From Octopus sinensis (lineage: Eukaryota), in assembly GCF_006345805.1 (NCBI RefSeq), contig NC_042997.1:2542001-2606000 (forward strand): a DNA stretch of 64,000 bases. Direction: 5' to 3'. How positions within the stretch are numbered: position 1 is the first letter of the stretch; every line of letters starts with the position of its first letter. Below, in pieces: positions 14,626 to 26,960 of the stretch. The position numbers were made by a program, and so were the translations under genes. A model generated the notes under the pieces. It did not search any database, was not told the DNA's origin, and saw only the letters and a program-made list of their open reading frames with translations.

Positions 14626-14632
<7 letters not shown>
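13810..14632. repeat. Triplicated segment with a fold-back: direct copy 13810-13941 plus inverted arms 14161-14378 and 14413-14632
   Basis: Arms of ~220 bp are reverse complements (about 14 differences by eye) around a 34-nt loop. The loop's reverse complement matches the end of the 13810-13941 copy. The whole block is bounded by (TA)n on both sides. Confidence 0.9.
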
Positions 14633-14704
<72 letters not shown>

Positions 14705-15416
14705 GTATACATATATGTATGCATGCATGTATATATATATATATGTGTGTGTGTGTGTGCGTGCGTATGTATATATGCTTAACAATCACGCACGCGTACA
14801 TACATTGGGCCGTCAGATAAATTCGTACATTTAATTCCTACGTCTTTTGAATTTAAAAGAAAAACATTTGATCGTACTCTTTTATGATTTCTGTTGCTCT
14901 ATTCTTTCACTACAACTTTTGGTTTTACCTTTTGAATTTGACTGCATTTTATTGTTTATCAGATATATGACGATTTTGTTCGGAATGGAATCTAAGATTT
15001 TCGACACCTGACTTGCTTCGATTTTACTGCTGTACCAAATTTGCCGAAGCCATTCAAGAACATTTTGTTACGTATGCAGGTGTTATTACTGGAAGATCTG
15101 GAGAAGAATGTTCACACTTGAAGCTGGAAAATTCGAACTCACAGTTTCTCGACTTTACAGGAGACATTTACAGTAGGTGAATAAAGGTCAACGGAACGAG
15201 CTCGTTCACGAGGATGCATGCTAGTTCGCCCAAAACTACTTGTATCATATATAATTACGTGGCTGTGACGTTAGCGATTTCACTGTCACGGTTTTAGTTT
15301 ACCGGTAACAGCGTAGTTTTGTAAAGATGTAGGTGCCAGTGCATACTTGCTGCTCACGAAGCTCAATGAGTCAGACACGTCTATTCAGGAATACTTGCAC
15401 TCCAGCTGGACGACAT

Positions 15417-15419
<3 letters not shown>

Positions 15420-15454
<35 letters not shown>

Positions 15455-15652
15455 GCCTATCTGCCTATCTATCTATTTATCTATCTGACTATCTATCTAT
15501 CTAACTATCTATCTATCTATCTATCTATCTATCTGTCTGTCTATCTATGTTTCTCTCTCTCTCTCTTTATATATATATATATATATATATACATACACAC
15601 GCACGCATACACACACATGCACACAAACACACCTATATATATGCATACAGGG

Positions 15653-15683
<31 letters not shown>

Positions 15684-15690
15684 GACAAAC
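15420..15690. repeat. Compound microsatellite (ATCT)n-(CT)n-(TA)n-(CA)n-(GA)n
   Basis: Direct inspection. Confidence 0.95.
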
Positions 15691-16543
15691 ATGCAAAACA
15701 AAAGAAAGAGAGGTTGACTGAGAGAGATATACCTTTTATTCAGGCAAAAATGCAGTGTTCAGGTCCAGTTGCAGTGGGTGGGAAAGAGGAATTTTGCTTG
15801 ACCTGAATGCTTTTAACTGAGTACTCTCCCCTAAAGACTAGCACATTGCTAAGTGGGGCTGTTACACAGCTTCGCTGTTTAAGTCTACCACCAGCTGGGA
15901 ATTGCTAATATTTAATTACTTAGTCATAACGTACCTGTAAAATCCCTACCATTCACACCTACATTAGAGGACATGTTTATGTATGTATATATTTGAATAT
16001 ATGTGTATGCGAATACACAATATAACTCATATGCATATGTATGTGAGTATATACATATGTACATATGTGTTGGCAGTGTCTCTGATGATGATGGGATATA
16101 AACACTCCGAAATGCATGCGTCCAATTAATCGGTTAGGGAGGCTGTGAGCTGACTCCATGCATGGTCACCGATTTACTCCATGAACAAAGTCTTTTAGTT
16201 ACGTCATCAAATGTGACTCAGACATATTTAAACTGATAACAAGTGTGTGTTTATGCGTATCACTACCTTGTGATATCACCCTCTATTTTATTTTAGTATG
16301 CATTTTCAAATAGTATTTCCGCCAAGTGCTTCACAAAGCGATTTCAAATGCTGCACAGACATTAACTATCATGATACACACATGAAGACCTAAGGTCATT
16401 GCAGTATGGTAATAAAAATCCTGTCGCAAACTCTATCACAAAGACCAACCAACAAGTAGCATCATGTACGCCTTACATGATACTTATGTGGAATGTAATG
16501 CTTCGTATCACCATAGCACGTGGCGTGTCTGTGTATAAATACA

Positions 16544-16581
<38 letters not shown>

Positions 16582-16944
16582 CATGTGTGTTTGCGTGTGT
16601 GTGTGTGTGTGTGTGTACATCTTGAGATGTTTAATTATACATGATATGGTAGTGTTTGAATCTGTGTTTCATTCCGTTCTTTATTTTTATGTTTGAAACG
16701 ACAGACAACTCTTTCCACAAAGCATTCAAATATTGCCTATAAGTTGGATATTTATTGATAAGATGCTAAACATAAGAATCGGCGGATCTCTATATTTAGT
16801 TTGCTATTCTCACACATCAGTTTAATCTTTAATATTTTTGTAAAGCTGAAGTATTCTTCATAACAATTCTTAGTACGTGTTTCACAGTCCTCTTTTCTAT
16901 CACAGGCACATGGCCTAAAGTTTCGGAGAAGGTGAGAAAAAATC

Positions 16945-17010
16945 GATTGCATCGACCCCTATCATTGACTGGTACTTATTTCATTGACCTCACCGTAATT
17001 TGAACGCAAA
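16945..17010 (-). mobile_element. Short fragment of the SINE family seen at 41911-42126
   Basis: ATCGACCCC...CTGGTACTTATT..ATTGACCTC...AATTTGAAC resembles the core of the 41911-42126 element. Confidence 0.5.
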
Positions 17011-18833
17011 TGAAATGAACCTATGCAATTTCTCTGCCGTGCTAAATATTCCGCCAGCTTGCTCCCTTTTATGCATGTTTCATATTACGTATTTCTCAAC
17101 GCCAAAATAACAGAATGGAATAACATTTTCAGAAGACACTGTTTTAGTATAAATGCGAATGAAGATGCTTTTTCATTGCACAATTCGTCGCACATTGGCA
17201 AAATATTACAGCAGATGATTGCGCTTTCAGATTTTTGCGTGTGAACTTCATCATTTGTTGTATAACAAACAAATGACAATATTATATTGTGTTTAACCAA
17301 TGAACTCAATCGTAACTTTTTGCTTTCATTGTTTTATCTCTGTATATATAAGTGGTAGTTGTATTAACGTAGTGTAATCATTGGTATTTTGGATAAATGC
17401 GTTACATTTAATCATTCTTAAATGTGTATTTTAACTATCAGACCATGTTTTCTTCTACAAATAACATTTCCTATTTTCAAAATATTTAATTTAATTATTT
17501 TAGATAGAATTATAATGAAATCGATGGGTATTTGGCATATCTAATACATACGTATTGTTATTACTTGTCAACAATTCATTGTCTCTGTGAGAAAATATGA
17601 CACGCTATCGAATGCTAATTACTTGTAGAATTTTGCAATGGTCATTTGAATTTTAATAGTTTAAACAACGTATAATATTCATTGAGACAATTGCTTTATT
17701 GCGTTACACTACTTATATAGCTAAGAGCAAGTATAGATTTTTTTTCCTACAAACACTAAGTATATCATTTTAATACTCAAATTGCTGGTACACCCTACTA
17801 ATTATTTGTTTTAAGTGAAAAAAAAAATGTAGGCATATACACATCAATGGTTTTTAGTGAAACCAAATATTTTACACACAATTCCATGGTAATAGTGTAT
17901 TTTTTAAGAGAGCAGATTATAGATTTCTGTTAACTAGGCCGACATGTCTGACATTAATTCATACATCGTTGCTGGTGGTTTCTTTTAATATTCACTCACA
18001 TTAAGCAGATTCAATTATAATTCTACTCTTTCAGAAAATTATTATTAATCCTGTAAAGTTTAATGTAATCAATTCCAATATTGTTACGTGAAGCCAGTCA
18101 GTCGAAATACCCACATGTATAGCCGTTAATGTTAATCAAGTCTGCTAACATATCCATTCTCATTATACCACAGACTGATTTGAAAGCATATGAATAATTT
18201 CCAAGTACATGTTTCTTTGCTTTTATATTGTTCCCTTAAACAAAGCTATTTCGCCTGAATGTTATTTATGCGTAACACGTTATTTTACTCTGATTTAAAG
18301 GAAATAAATTGAAGCTCATTTTAACAGTCTTGCTTGACACCTTTTGATCTTGTGCAGGGTCAAGAATGATAATCGATAATCCTAAGCGACAAACGTTCTA
18401 AATACCAAGTATTGATGTCCAGATTCATGACCCAGTCAGTGCCACTTAAATTCGATGATTAATTAAATGTTTTCCTTTACAGATCGATCGATAAACTAAC
18501 TCGAACTTTTATATTGATAATTTTACATCGACTTAATAAAATATGTTCGTACAGTTTTTTATTGTTTCAGAAAACGACGTATCACAACGTTACTACTTCT
18601 TCCACAATGATTTTCTAATAATCAAGGGTGTACAACAAAGGAAGGGCTTACAGCTTTATATTATTTCGAATACAGTCAAGTTGTATGCGTGTTTGTCCTT
18701 CAGAGAACGTCTTATGGCTTGAATACAGTATTAGTTCACTCTTTGAGTATGCATATTAGAAATGTATATTCAAATTATTCTAAATCACTGCTATCTCAAT
18801 ATTTTAGTCTAGTCATTAATACTCTGACGAAGC

Positions 18834-18868
<35 letters not shown>

Positions 18869-18960
18869 ACAAATAAATGAACACACATTAAGTTTTGAAA
18901 TATCCATCACTAAGCTGCATGCAATAGGCAGGTCTTGCAGGAAGACCATATAATATTTAC

Positions 18961-19270
18961 CTTATGCGAGCAGCTTTTAATTCGAAACTTAATTGTTTGA
19001 CATGCGCTACGTCATAGTACATCAGGAAATAGACTTGAAACTATTACCATATATATTCCAGGCCCGTGATTTATTTTGTTTCGTGGTGTATCGGGTATAT
19101 CTTCCCAAGGAACTACAATAATAGCAAAATATCGGTATCTCTGACTTTCCTCGAATTTTCAGCATGTTCTCTGCGAGTCTGAAGCATTCAATGTTCTTCA
19201 ACGCTTCCATGTCCTGCACGAATCTTTCCGAGGACGCTTTCCCGCAGCAAGCTAGCGTACAAGCAAAACA
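18961..19270 (-). other. Candidate non-coding 5'UTR exon of the minus-strand gene
   Basis: CpG-richer, non-repetitive segment ending in the minus-strand donor CATAAG|GTAAATAT at 18961/18960. If spliced to 4584 it places an in-frame TGA 18 codons upstream of the junction with no intervening ATG, consistent with initiation at 4554. The 5' boundary is a guess. Confidence 0.3.
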
Positions 19271-19324
19271 CATACACTCTGCATGTGCGATTGATAATGT
19301 TATATAGATAGCATTTATATTTTA

Positions 19325-19441
19325 TTTTTTTTCACTTGTCAGTCGACGGCCATGATTGAGCATAGGCCTGAGCAATTTTAGTCGAACGAATTGCCTCCAC
19401 TTCTTATTTTTGAAAGCCTGGTACTTATTTCTATCAGTCTC
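19325..19441 (-). mobile_element. SINE 3' fragment
   Basis: CGGCCATG..GAGCA..., TTTTAGTCGAAC and CCTGGTACTTATT.CTATC are the reverse complement of the 3' body of the SINE at 59331-59690. Confidence 0.6.
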
Positions 19442-19581
19442 CACACGCACGCGCGCGCGCACACACACACACACACACACAAACATACACACAATCACAC
19501 ATACACACACGAACATATATACATTCAGATTCCTTCACTTCGGAAACTTGCTCAGATAGCTTATATACATACATACATACA

Positions 19582-19678
<97 letters not shown>

Positions 19679-19896
19679 GCGGTACTCCAGCATGGCCGCA
19701 GAATGAGTGAAAGAAATAAAAGAATGGATATATATATATATATGTATGCATGTGTATATATATATATATATATATATACAAAAAGCAATAAAGATTCAAG
19801 TTAATTTAAATGAATTTACTTGAATATGGTACCTAACTTAGATGCACCAAAAAAAAACTATAGTTTTAACAATAAAGTAATGTGGGGTGATTATAA

Positions 19897-20841
19897 GCGA
19901 GAAAGAAGCAACAAGAATGGATAGGTTTTTAGTACAATCGTTTCATACAAGGACAGGCTTTATTAAAAGTTGTAAAAATTACAGCATATAAACGTGTCCC
20001 GTACTCATCAGCTAAAATACATGTGAGTTCTCTAGACATCCTAGTGGTTGAGGCTATACTCATGAAGTAATGTAGATAATTAAGTAACATAAACAGATTT
20101 CCAAAGTTCATTAAAGTTCTTTAAAGATGATGTACAGTCTTATCACAGAATTTTAAAAAAGTTCTAATAGCATCACAGAGAAGGTGACCTAGTCCATAGA
20201 GCACATATGAATTTCCAGAGATATGATGAGGGATTACATACTCACAGAAGACAAATTTATCCATTGTTAATCACAACGAGGTGGGTCTCAACTCCTGCTT
20301 ATTAGCATTACAGAGAGGGTGAATTAATCCTTTGTATAGATGCACAATTTCCAATGGTGTAGATGTAAGTTTCCAGAGAAATGAAGAGGAATTTCATATT
20401 CACAGGCGATAAATTTATCAATGGTTGAACACAATGTGGTAGGTATCAATTCTTGTTATATGATTAGGTATTTGCCACATAACAATGGATAAATTTGTCT
20501 TCTGTGAGTATGTAATCCCTCATCATATCTCTGGAAATTCATATGTGCTCTATGGATTAGGTCACCTTCTCTGTGATGCTATTAGAACTTTTTTAAAATT
20601 CTGTACATCATCTTTAAAGAACTTTAATGAACTTTGGAAATCTGTTTATGTTACTTAATTATCTACATTACTTCATGAGTATAGCCTAAACCACTAGGAT
20701 GTCTAGAGAACTCACATGTATTTTAGCTGATGAGTACGGGACACGTTTATATGCTGTAATTTTTACAACTTTTAATAAAGCCTGTCCTTGTATGAAACGA
20801 TTGTACTAAAAACCTATCCATTCTTGTTGCTTCTTTCTCGC
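19897..20841. repeat. Long inverted repeat: arms 19897-20269 and 20480-20841, 210-bp spacer
   Basis: Arms are reverse complements with 2 substitutions and one 11-nt indel flanked by ACAG microhomology. The right arm ends at the (TA)n array starting at 20842. Confidence 0.93.
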
Positions 20842-20849
20842 GTATATAT

Positions 20850-20885
<36 letters not shown>

Positions 20886-20887
20886 AA

Positions 20888-21175
20888 CGTAGCTGTGTGG
20901 TAAGGAACTTGCTTGCCAACCACATCGGTGTGTGTTCAGTCATACTGTGTGGCACCTTGGGCAAGTGTTGTCTACTATAGCCTCGACCGACCAAGTTGTG
21001 TGACGGAAATTGAAAGAAACCTGTAGTATATGTATATATATAATTATGTGTGTACTTGTGTCTGTGTATATCCCTCGTCACAATCTTACAACCGATATTG
21101 GTGTGCTTACGTCCCCGTAACTTAGCAGTTCGTCACAAGACACGATAGAATAATTATTAGGCTTCCAATAAAAGA
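20888..21175 (+). mobile_element. tRNA-derived SINE (duplicated at 21821-22105)
   Basis: Head GTAGCTGTGTGGTAAG..GTTCAGTC (A/B-box like), body GGCACCTTGGGCAAGTG..CTACTATAGCCTCG and TGGTGTGCTTACGTCCCCGTAACTTAGCAGTTCG, shared with copies at 24082, 59331 and 61705. Confidence 0.85.
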
Positions 21176-21199
21176 ATGAATGTACAAAAGAATATGTTT

Positions 21200-21500
21200 T
21201 CTTTTATTTCTTTCAGTCGTTAGACTCCGGCCATGCTTCAGCACTGTCAAATCGTGGTGGAAGACAAACATTCACAGAAAGATAGACGCACGCACGCACG
21301 TATACACACACATACACACACGTACACGCACATGCACAAAAGCACACACAGAGACACACACACATGATGGCTTCTTTCAGTTCCTTACTAAGAAATCCAC
21401 TTAGAACGACTTGGTCAGCCTAAGGCGATAATGGATGGTACTTGCCTAATATGCCACGTAGTGGGACTGATCCTTGAACCACGTGGTTGAGAAGCGCACC
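21200..21500 (-). mobile_element. Diverged SINE in opposite orientation (duplicated at ~22130-22435)
   Basis: Reverse complement shows the tail GCATGGCCGG..GACTGAAAGAAATAAAAG and a head with AACCACGTGGTTCAAGGATCAGTCCCACTACGTGGCA. Confidence 0.7.
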
Positions 21501-21787
21501 ACTTTTTGCACACACATAATAGCGTCTTCTTACCGTGTATGCATTATATCATATATGTATGTATAAAGATAATAGATGGACAAACGCGGATGACGTTATA
21601 TCATATTTAAAAAGCAAAACACATGCCCACACACACACACATATATATATATGTACGTATTTATATATGTACGTATTTATGTATGTATATATATATATAT
21701 GTGTATATATATCTATATATATGTATATATTTCTCTCTCTCTCTCTCTCTTTATACACATACGTACACACACACTCATATATATATA

Positions 21788-21818
<31 letters not shown>

Positions 21819-22711
21819 AACGTAGCTGTGTGGTAAGGAACTTGCTTGCCAACCACATCGGTGTGTGTTCAGTCATACTGTGTGGCACCTTGGGCAAGTG
21901 TTGTCTACTATAGCCTCGACCGACCAAGTTGTGTGACGGAATTGAAAGAAACCTGTAGTATATGTATATATATAATTATGTGTGTACTTGTGTCTGTGTA
22001 TATCCCTCGTCACAATCTTACAACCGATATTGGTGTGCTTACGTCCCCGTAACTTAGCAGTTCGTCACAAGACACGATAGAATAATTATTAGGCTTCCAA
22101 TAAAAGAATGAATGTACAAAAGAATATGTTTTCTTTTATTTCTTTCAGTCGTTAGACTCCGGCCATGCTTCAGCACTGTCAAATCGTGGTGGAAGACAAA
22201 CATTCACAGAAAGATAGACGCACGCACGCACGTATACACACACATACACACACGTACACGCACATGCACAAAAGCACACACAGAGACACACACACATGAT
22301 GGCTTCTTTCAGTTCCTTACTAAGAAATCCACTTAGAACGACTTGGTCAGCCTAAGGCGATAATGGATGGTACTTGCCTAATATGCCACGTAGTGGGACT
22401 GATCCTTGAACCACGTGGTTGAGAAGCGCACCACTTTTTGCACACACATAATAGCGTCTTCTTACCGTGTATGCATTATATCATATATGTATGTATAAAG
22501 ATAATAGATGGACAAACGCGGATGACGTTATATCATATTTAAAAAGCAAAACACATGCCCACACACACACACATATATATATATGTACGTATTTATATAT
22601 GTACGTATTTATGTATGTATATATATATATATATGTGTATATATATCTATATATATGTATATATTTCTCTCTCTCTCTCTCTCTCTCTTTATACACATAC
22701 GTACACACACA

Positions 22712-22760
<49 letters not shown>

Positions 22761-23106
22761 CCATATATATATGTATAAAATCTAACCCAAATTATAGCAA
22801 CTGAAGCGAAATTTCTCCTAAATAGTTCTTTTGCTGTTTGAAAAATTCAGCGACTGCTTAAGAGAATAAAAGTTATGACGGGAAAGGGTGTGAAAACTGA
22901 TGTAGTAATACGCATCAAAGAAGCAGAAAAAAAGTAAAACAAACAATGAGCACATATAAGCATCACACGACTATAAAATCAAGATAGGCTTTGAAGTTGT
23001 TTTTTGCGTCAGAAGTACGGAATGGTAGTTTATGATGAATGTAGCAGTACAACAGTATTATAGTGGCTGGAAAAGTCTACAAGAAATGGAAGAAAGGGGA
23101 GGATTC

Positions 23107-23245
23107 ATTTTTTCTCTCCTTGTATTTTCTGTGTACCTTTCTGTAGAAGAGCGTAGGCTCGAAACGTAAAAGACTTTTTCTATTCCTGAGCGCTATACTA
23201 CTACATCTGTTTGTTTGCACACCACCTGCCTTCGTCTTTTGTTTA
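23107..23245 (+). mobile_element. Dispersed repeat with a hammerhead-like core, probably a Penelope-like element terminus (second copy at ~27625-27760)
   Basis: The two copies are highly similar. Contains CTGTAGAA-GAGC-GTAG-GCTC-GAAACG. The downstream frame EAEYPAEFIK (~23375-23405) weakly resembles the PLE NGYPxxFI motif. Confidence 0.5.
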
Positions 23246-24081
23246 AACATATTAAGAAATGTGTTGGGATCTAGAGTGATAAAATATTTGTAAAGTGAGG
23301 GAGAGGGAGTAAAACAGAAAGAAAAAATTAAGAAGAGGGTGGAGTACAGATCCCTTAAAAGAATCAGACTTGTCGAGGCAGAATATCCTGCTGAGTTCAT
23401 TAAAAATTATGAAAGAAAGCAACTATTTAGGCTCACTCTCTTAAGCAAGTTACTGCGAGCTTCTCGTAGACTAAACACTGTATCAGCATCAAAGAGTATG
23501 GAATCTATACCGATCAGGAGACATGAAAAAAATTACAAATAACCAAATAATAAAGAACAAGAGGGAAAATATTTGAAAAATGTGGAAATATATTTAATAA
23601 AAGGTAAGGCATAAAGTCTAGTGGGTTGAGGGCTAACCTACAAATGATATATAGCTATAAATATAATTAATAATCAGCGATATTTAAAGATTAAGGCATT
23701 AGGATGATGTAAGAGTATTAACATTTTCGTTAGGCCTAACTTTTAGACAAAAAATGAAGTAGGATACAGAATAATTCACTACGAGGTTATTTGGTTAAAA
23801 TATAGGTAATAATTGTCAAATGCAATTGTGACATAATGATCTATGTCTTGCTTTCTGTTAAGGAGAAAATTCTGATTTTCTCAAAATATTTTGAAAGATT
23901 CACCACTGTTTGCAAAGACTTTATAAGGTCTTGAATACCTAATCAGATAATCTTAATGAAAATGTTCAGTGACAATGCGGATGTGATTGGTTGCTTAGAT
24001 TCTGAAACCATTCCGATCAGTGTAAAAGAATACATATTGACGGTAAGAAGGAGATTTGTTTACGGTTTGTTGGATAATATA

Positions 24082-24268
24082 GGCGCAGGAGTGGCTGCAT
24101 GGTAAAGAGCTTGCTAACCAAACAAATGGTTCCGGGTTCACTTCCATTGCGTTGCACCTTGAGCAAGTGTCTTCTACTATAGCCTCGGGCCGACCAAAGC
24201 CTTGTGAGTGGACTTGGTAGACGGAAACTGAACGTTTAACAACCGATACTGGTGTATTTACGTCCCTG
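24082..24268 (+). mobile_element. tRNA-derived SINE
   Basis: GGCGCAGGAGTGGCTGCATGGTAAAG...GGTTCCGGGTTCA...CACCTTGAGCAAGTGTCTTCTACTATAGCCTCGGGCCGACCAAAGCCTTGTGAGTGG. Confidence 0.88.
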
Positions 24269-26098
24269 TTTATTTGCCTTTTGCATGTGTGCATGTATAT
24301 ATGTGTCCATGTATGTATGTATGCATGTGTGTATGTAAATGTGTATGTCTCGAACTTGACTCTACGAACGTAATAGCGATGGATGCTGAGTTTTTATTAC
24401 TATGTAGTATAAATTGTTTTGACATCGTCCATATCCACTTCAGTGACAAATTAGTGATTCAAATTAATTGTCTTTCAAAATGTTTAGTGTTAAAATAGTT
24501 TCACCTCTTAAAATTGCTAAAAATTACATATCTTCTATATACTTTGATGATTGTATTTTGACTGTTATATAACAATTTGACCGTCAATCGACTGAAAACT
24601 TCATGAATGAGATTAAGTTTTAACACTTTATACTTATCTAGCATGCTATAATCTATTGTTATTACCATCTATTTGAAAGCATTTTACTTCGTCGTATTTA
24701 TGTAGGCATCTGTTAAATATGTTTCATATTGAAATAAAATTTCTATCTACATTTGTGGATATAGATGAATCAACATGTGGTATATTAATACACCTGGATG
24801 TATGTAGGAGTGTATCGATTAAACTGAAATAATCGGCTATATATGCATATATACCTGCATGCATACATACATACACACAAACACACATACATGCATATAT
24901 TCATACATACGCAAAATACACACACAGACACACACACACACTTATGTTTGCATTGAACTGTAACTTCTTTTAATGAAAATTAACTGGCTATGAGTCAACG
25001 TAATTTACCCACAGAAATTATGCTAAACGTTTTGAAATACATTTTGACATCACTCTAGTGATTCAGAATCAGAATATGCAAATAGTATAATCAGCTATAT
25101 TTAAAATATAGTTTAGTTCTATACGTAAGTTTAAGTGTATGCAAATTATGTGTATGTTTGTGAGAGTATAATCCAGTAACTTTTGTAGTGAGGATGCTTG
25201 CGCATGAAGACGTATATATATATATATACATATATATTTCCGCATATTTACCATTTATAAATATTTCAGTGGGTAATATATATTTTAAACCGCAACACAA
25301 TGCAATAATATAACATTCTGTCATAAGCAATCTATTGCACCATCATTCTTTTCCTCCCCATCATCCTCTAACTTCCTTTTCATTTCTCACTCTTTCTCTA
25401 CCATCTTTGAACACACACATATGCTATCCCGCATTCTCTCTCTTCTTTGACACACACAGGCATGTATATAAATATATATATATATACATACATACAAACA
25501 TACATACATATATAAGTTTGGAATTCATATACACAATGTATGGTGATTAATGTTAACTTATCCCCTAAGGTATCACATGATGTGCAGAATTTCAATTCTG
25601 AATAAGTGAAAACTTGAGAATTGTAAATCCAAGTTGATATCCAATTATATCAGAAGACAGCTTTCATTGCATGACTTCTCTGTTATAGTCAGTAATATAT
25701 TACTCTCATACTATCTATTTGTTAATATTGAGACCTTTCCTTTTCAACAATGACAGATTCTTTAACCTAGGATTTATTGCTTCTTTTGCTGTCGGGAAGA
25801 GATTATAAACGTTAACTGTTGCCCACACTCTTATGCATGTGACATGCCTCGCCTATGATCACCGTTATATTCAATATAATATTTTAATTAATACACACTT
25901 CCTCTAGTTTCTTAATCTACACGTGATAAAAATTTTGCGATTGTAGCTTTAAAATGTTATTAATTCTAACCATTGTCAATCCCAGTACTGTGTAGTATGA
26001 ACACAGTAGTAACGTTTATATCGAAAACAACTTTCTCTCAACTTTAATTCATAAATTCATACTTATTCATTTAGTCAGTTAATATATGCATATATATA

Positions 26099-26142
<44 letters not shown>

Positions 26143-26663
26143 TATATATATTCATACACACATATATACATACATTTTTGTAGAAAACATAGATAGCTGG
26201 ATATCTATATATACTCTTGGCGATTGATGTCTCGAAACTTTGCGTCCTTCTTACTTTAGAATATGATATTGACCATGGTGCAGGTTGCAAATTCACTTCA
26301 CCATATATTTATTTTAGTATTTGGACTGTAATTTTAATATACTAAAAGTATTTTCGAAAGGGAACTACTTTCAGGATCTTACATACTATTTCTTATATGA
26401 AAAATCATTATACGAATATTTACTAGTGTTCTATCCATTTAGGGTTGCTGTGTTACATAACACATTGTTTCAAAATATTCACTATATGAAAATGCTATTC
26501 TTAGCAACTGAGTTTTCCGGTAGAAAGGTTTGTTTGAATCGAACGTAATACAAAAAAAAGAACATATTGAAATAATTCATTTAAGAGTATTAACATAATT
26601 AACCGATAAAACATAGATTTGGATATGTTTTAAGCATACTACACCATATGCCCACAAGAATAT

Positions 26664-26734
26664 GGCGTAGTGTTTAAGAGTGCGGGATACTAACCCAAAT
26701 ATTCCGAGTTCGATTCCAAGCAGTTACCGCCATG

Positions 26735-26804
<70 letters not shown>
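26664..26804 (+). mobile_element. Short tRNA-like SINE head followed by (AAT)n
   Basis: TGGCGTAGTGTT (A box-like) and GAGTTCGATTCC (B box, 26706-26717), then ~24 AAT units at 26733-26804. Confidence 0.7.
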
Positions 26805-26806
<2 letters not shown>

Positions 26807-26960
26807 TCGAAAAATACCTTAGGAATGAGAACCCAGGTTCAAAATTTCCCCAAGATTCCTGAGCAAGGCTGGATGGTATATCAGCCGAAACGTTGTGTTA
26901 ACAACAATCAAGATGAGGGCAAATATCCGTCAAACGTAAATAATGTAAATAAAGTTCCCT
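26805..26960 (+). mobile_element. Penelope-like terminal fragment with a degenerate hammerhead ribozyme motif
   Basis: CTGAGCAA-GGCTG-(10 nt)-CAGCC-GAAAC-GTTGT-GTTA-ACAAC at 26859-26905 forms hammerhead stem II and stem III hairpins with a mutated CUGANGA core. PLE-associated hammerheads are established knowledge. Confidence 0.5.

Larger units (their letters stand above)
20885..22754 (+). repeat. Tandem duplication, unit 933 bp (20885-21817 and 21818 to ~22754), (TA)n at both ends and at the junction
   Basis: Units are essentially identical apart from one 1-nt indel and microsatellite lengths. Confidence 0.95.

Noticed and set aside
16199-16220. Adjacent TTACGTCA and TGACTCA bZIP-type sites (similar ACGT cluster at ~2310-2425)
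   Set aside because: Short motifs are expected by chance in 64 kb and there is no conservation or chromatin evidence.
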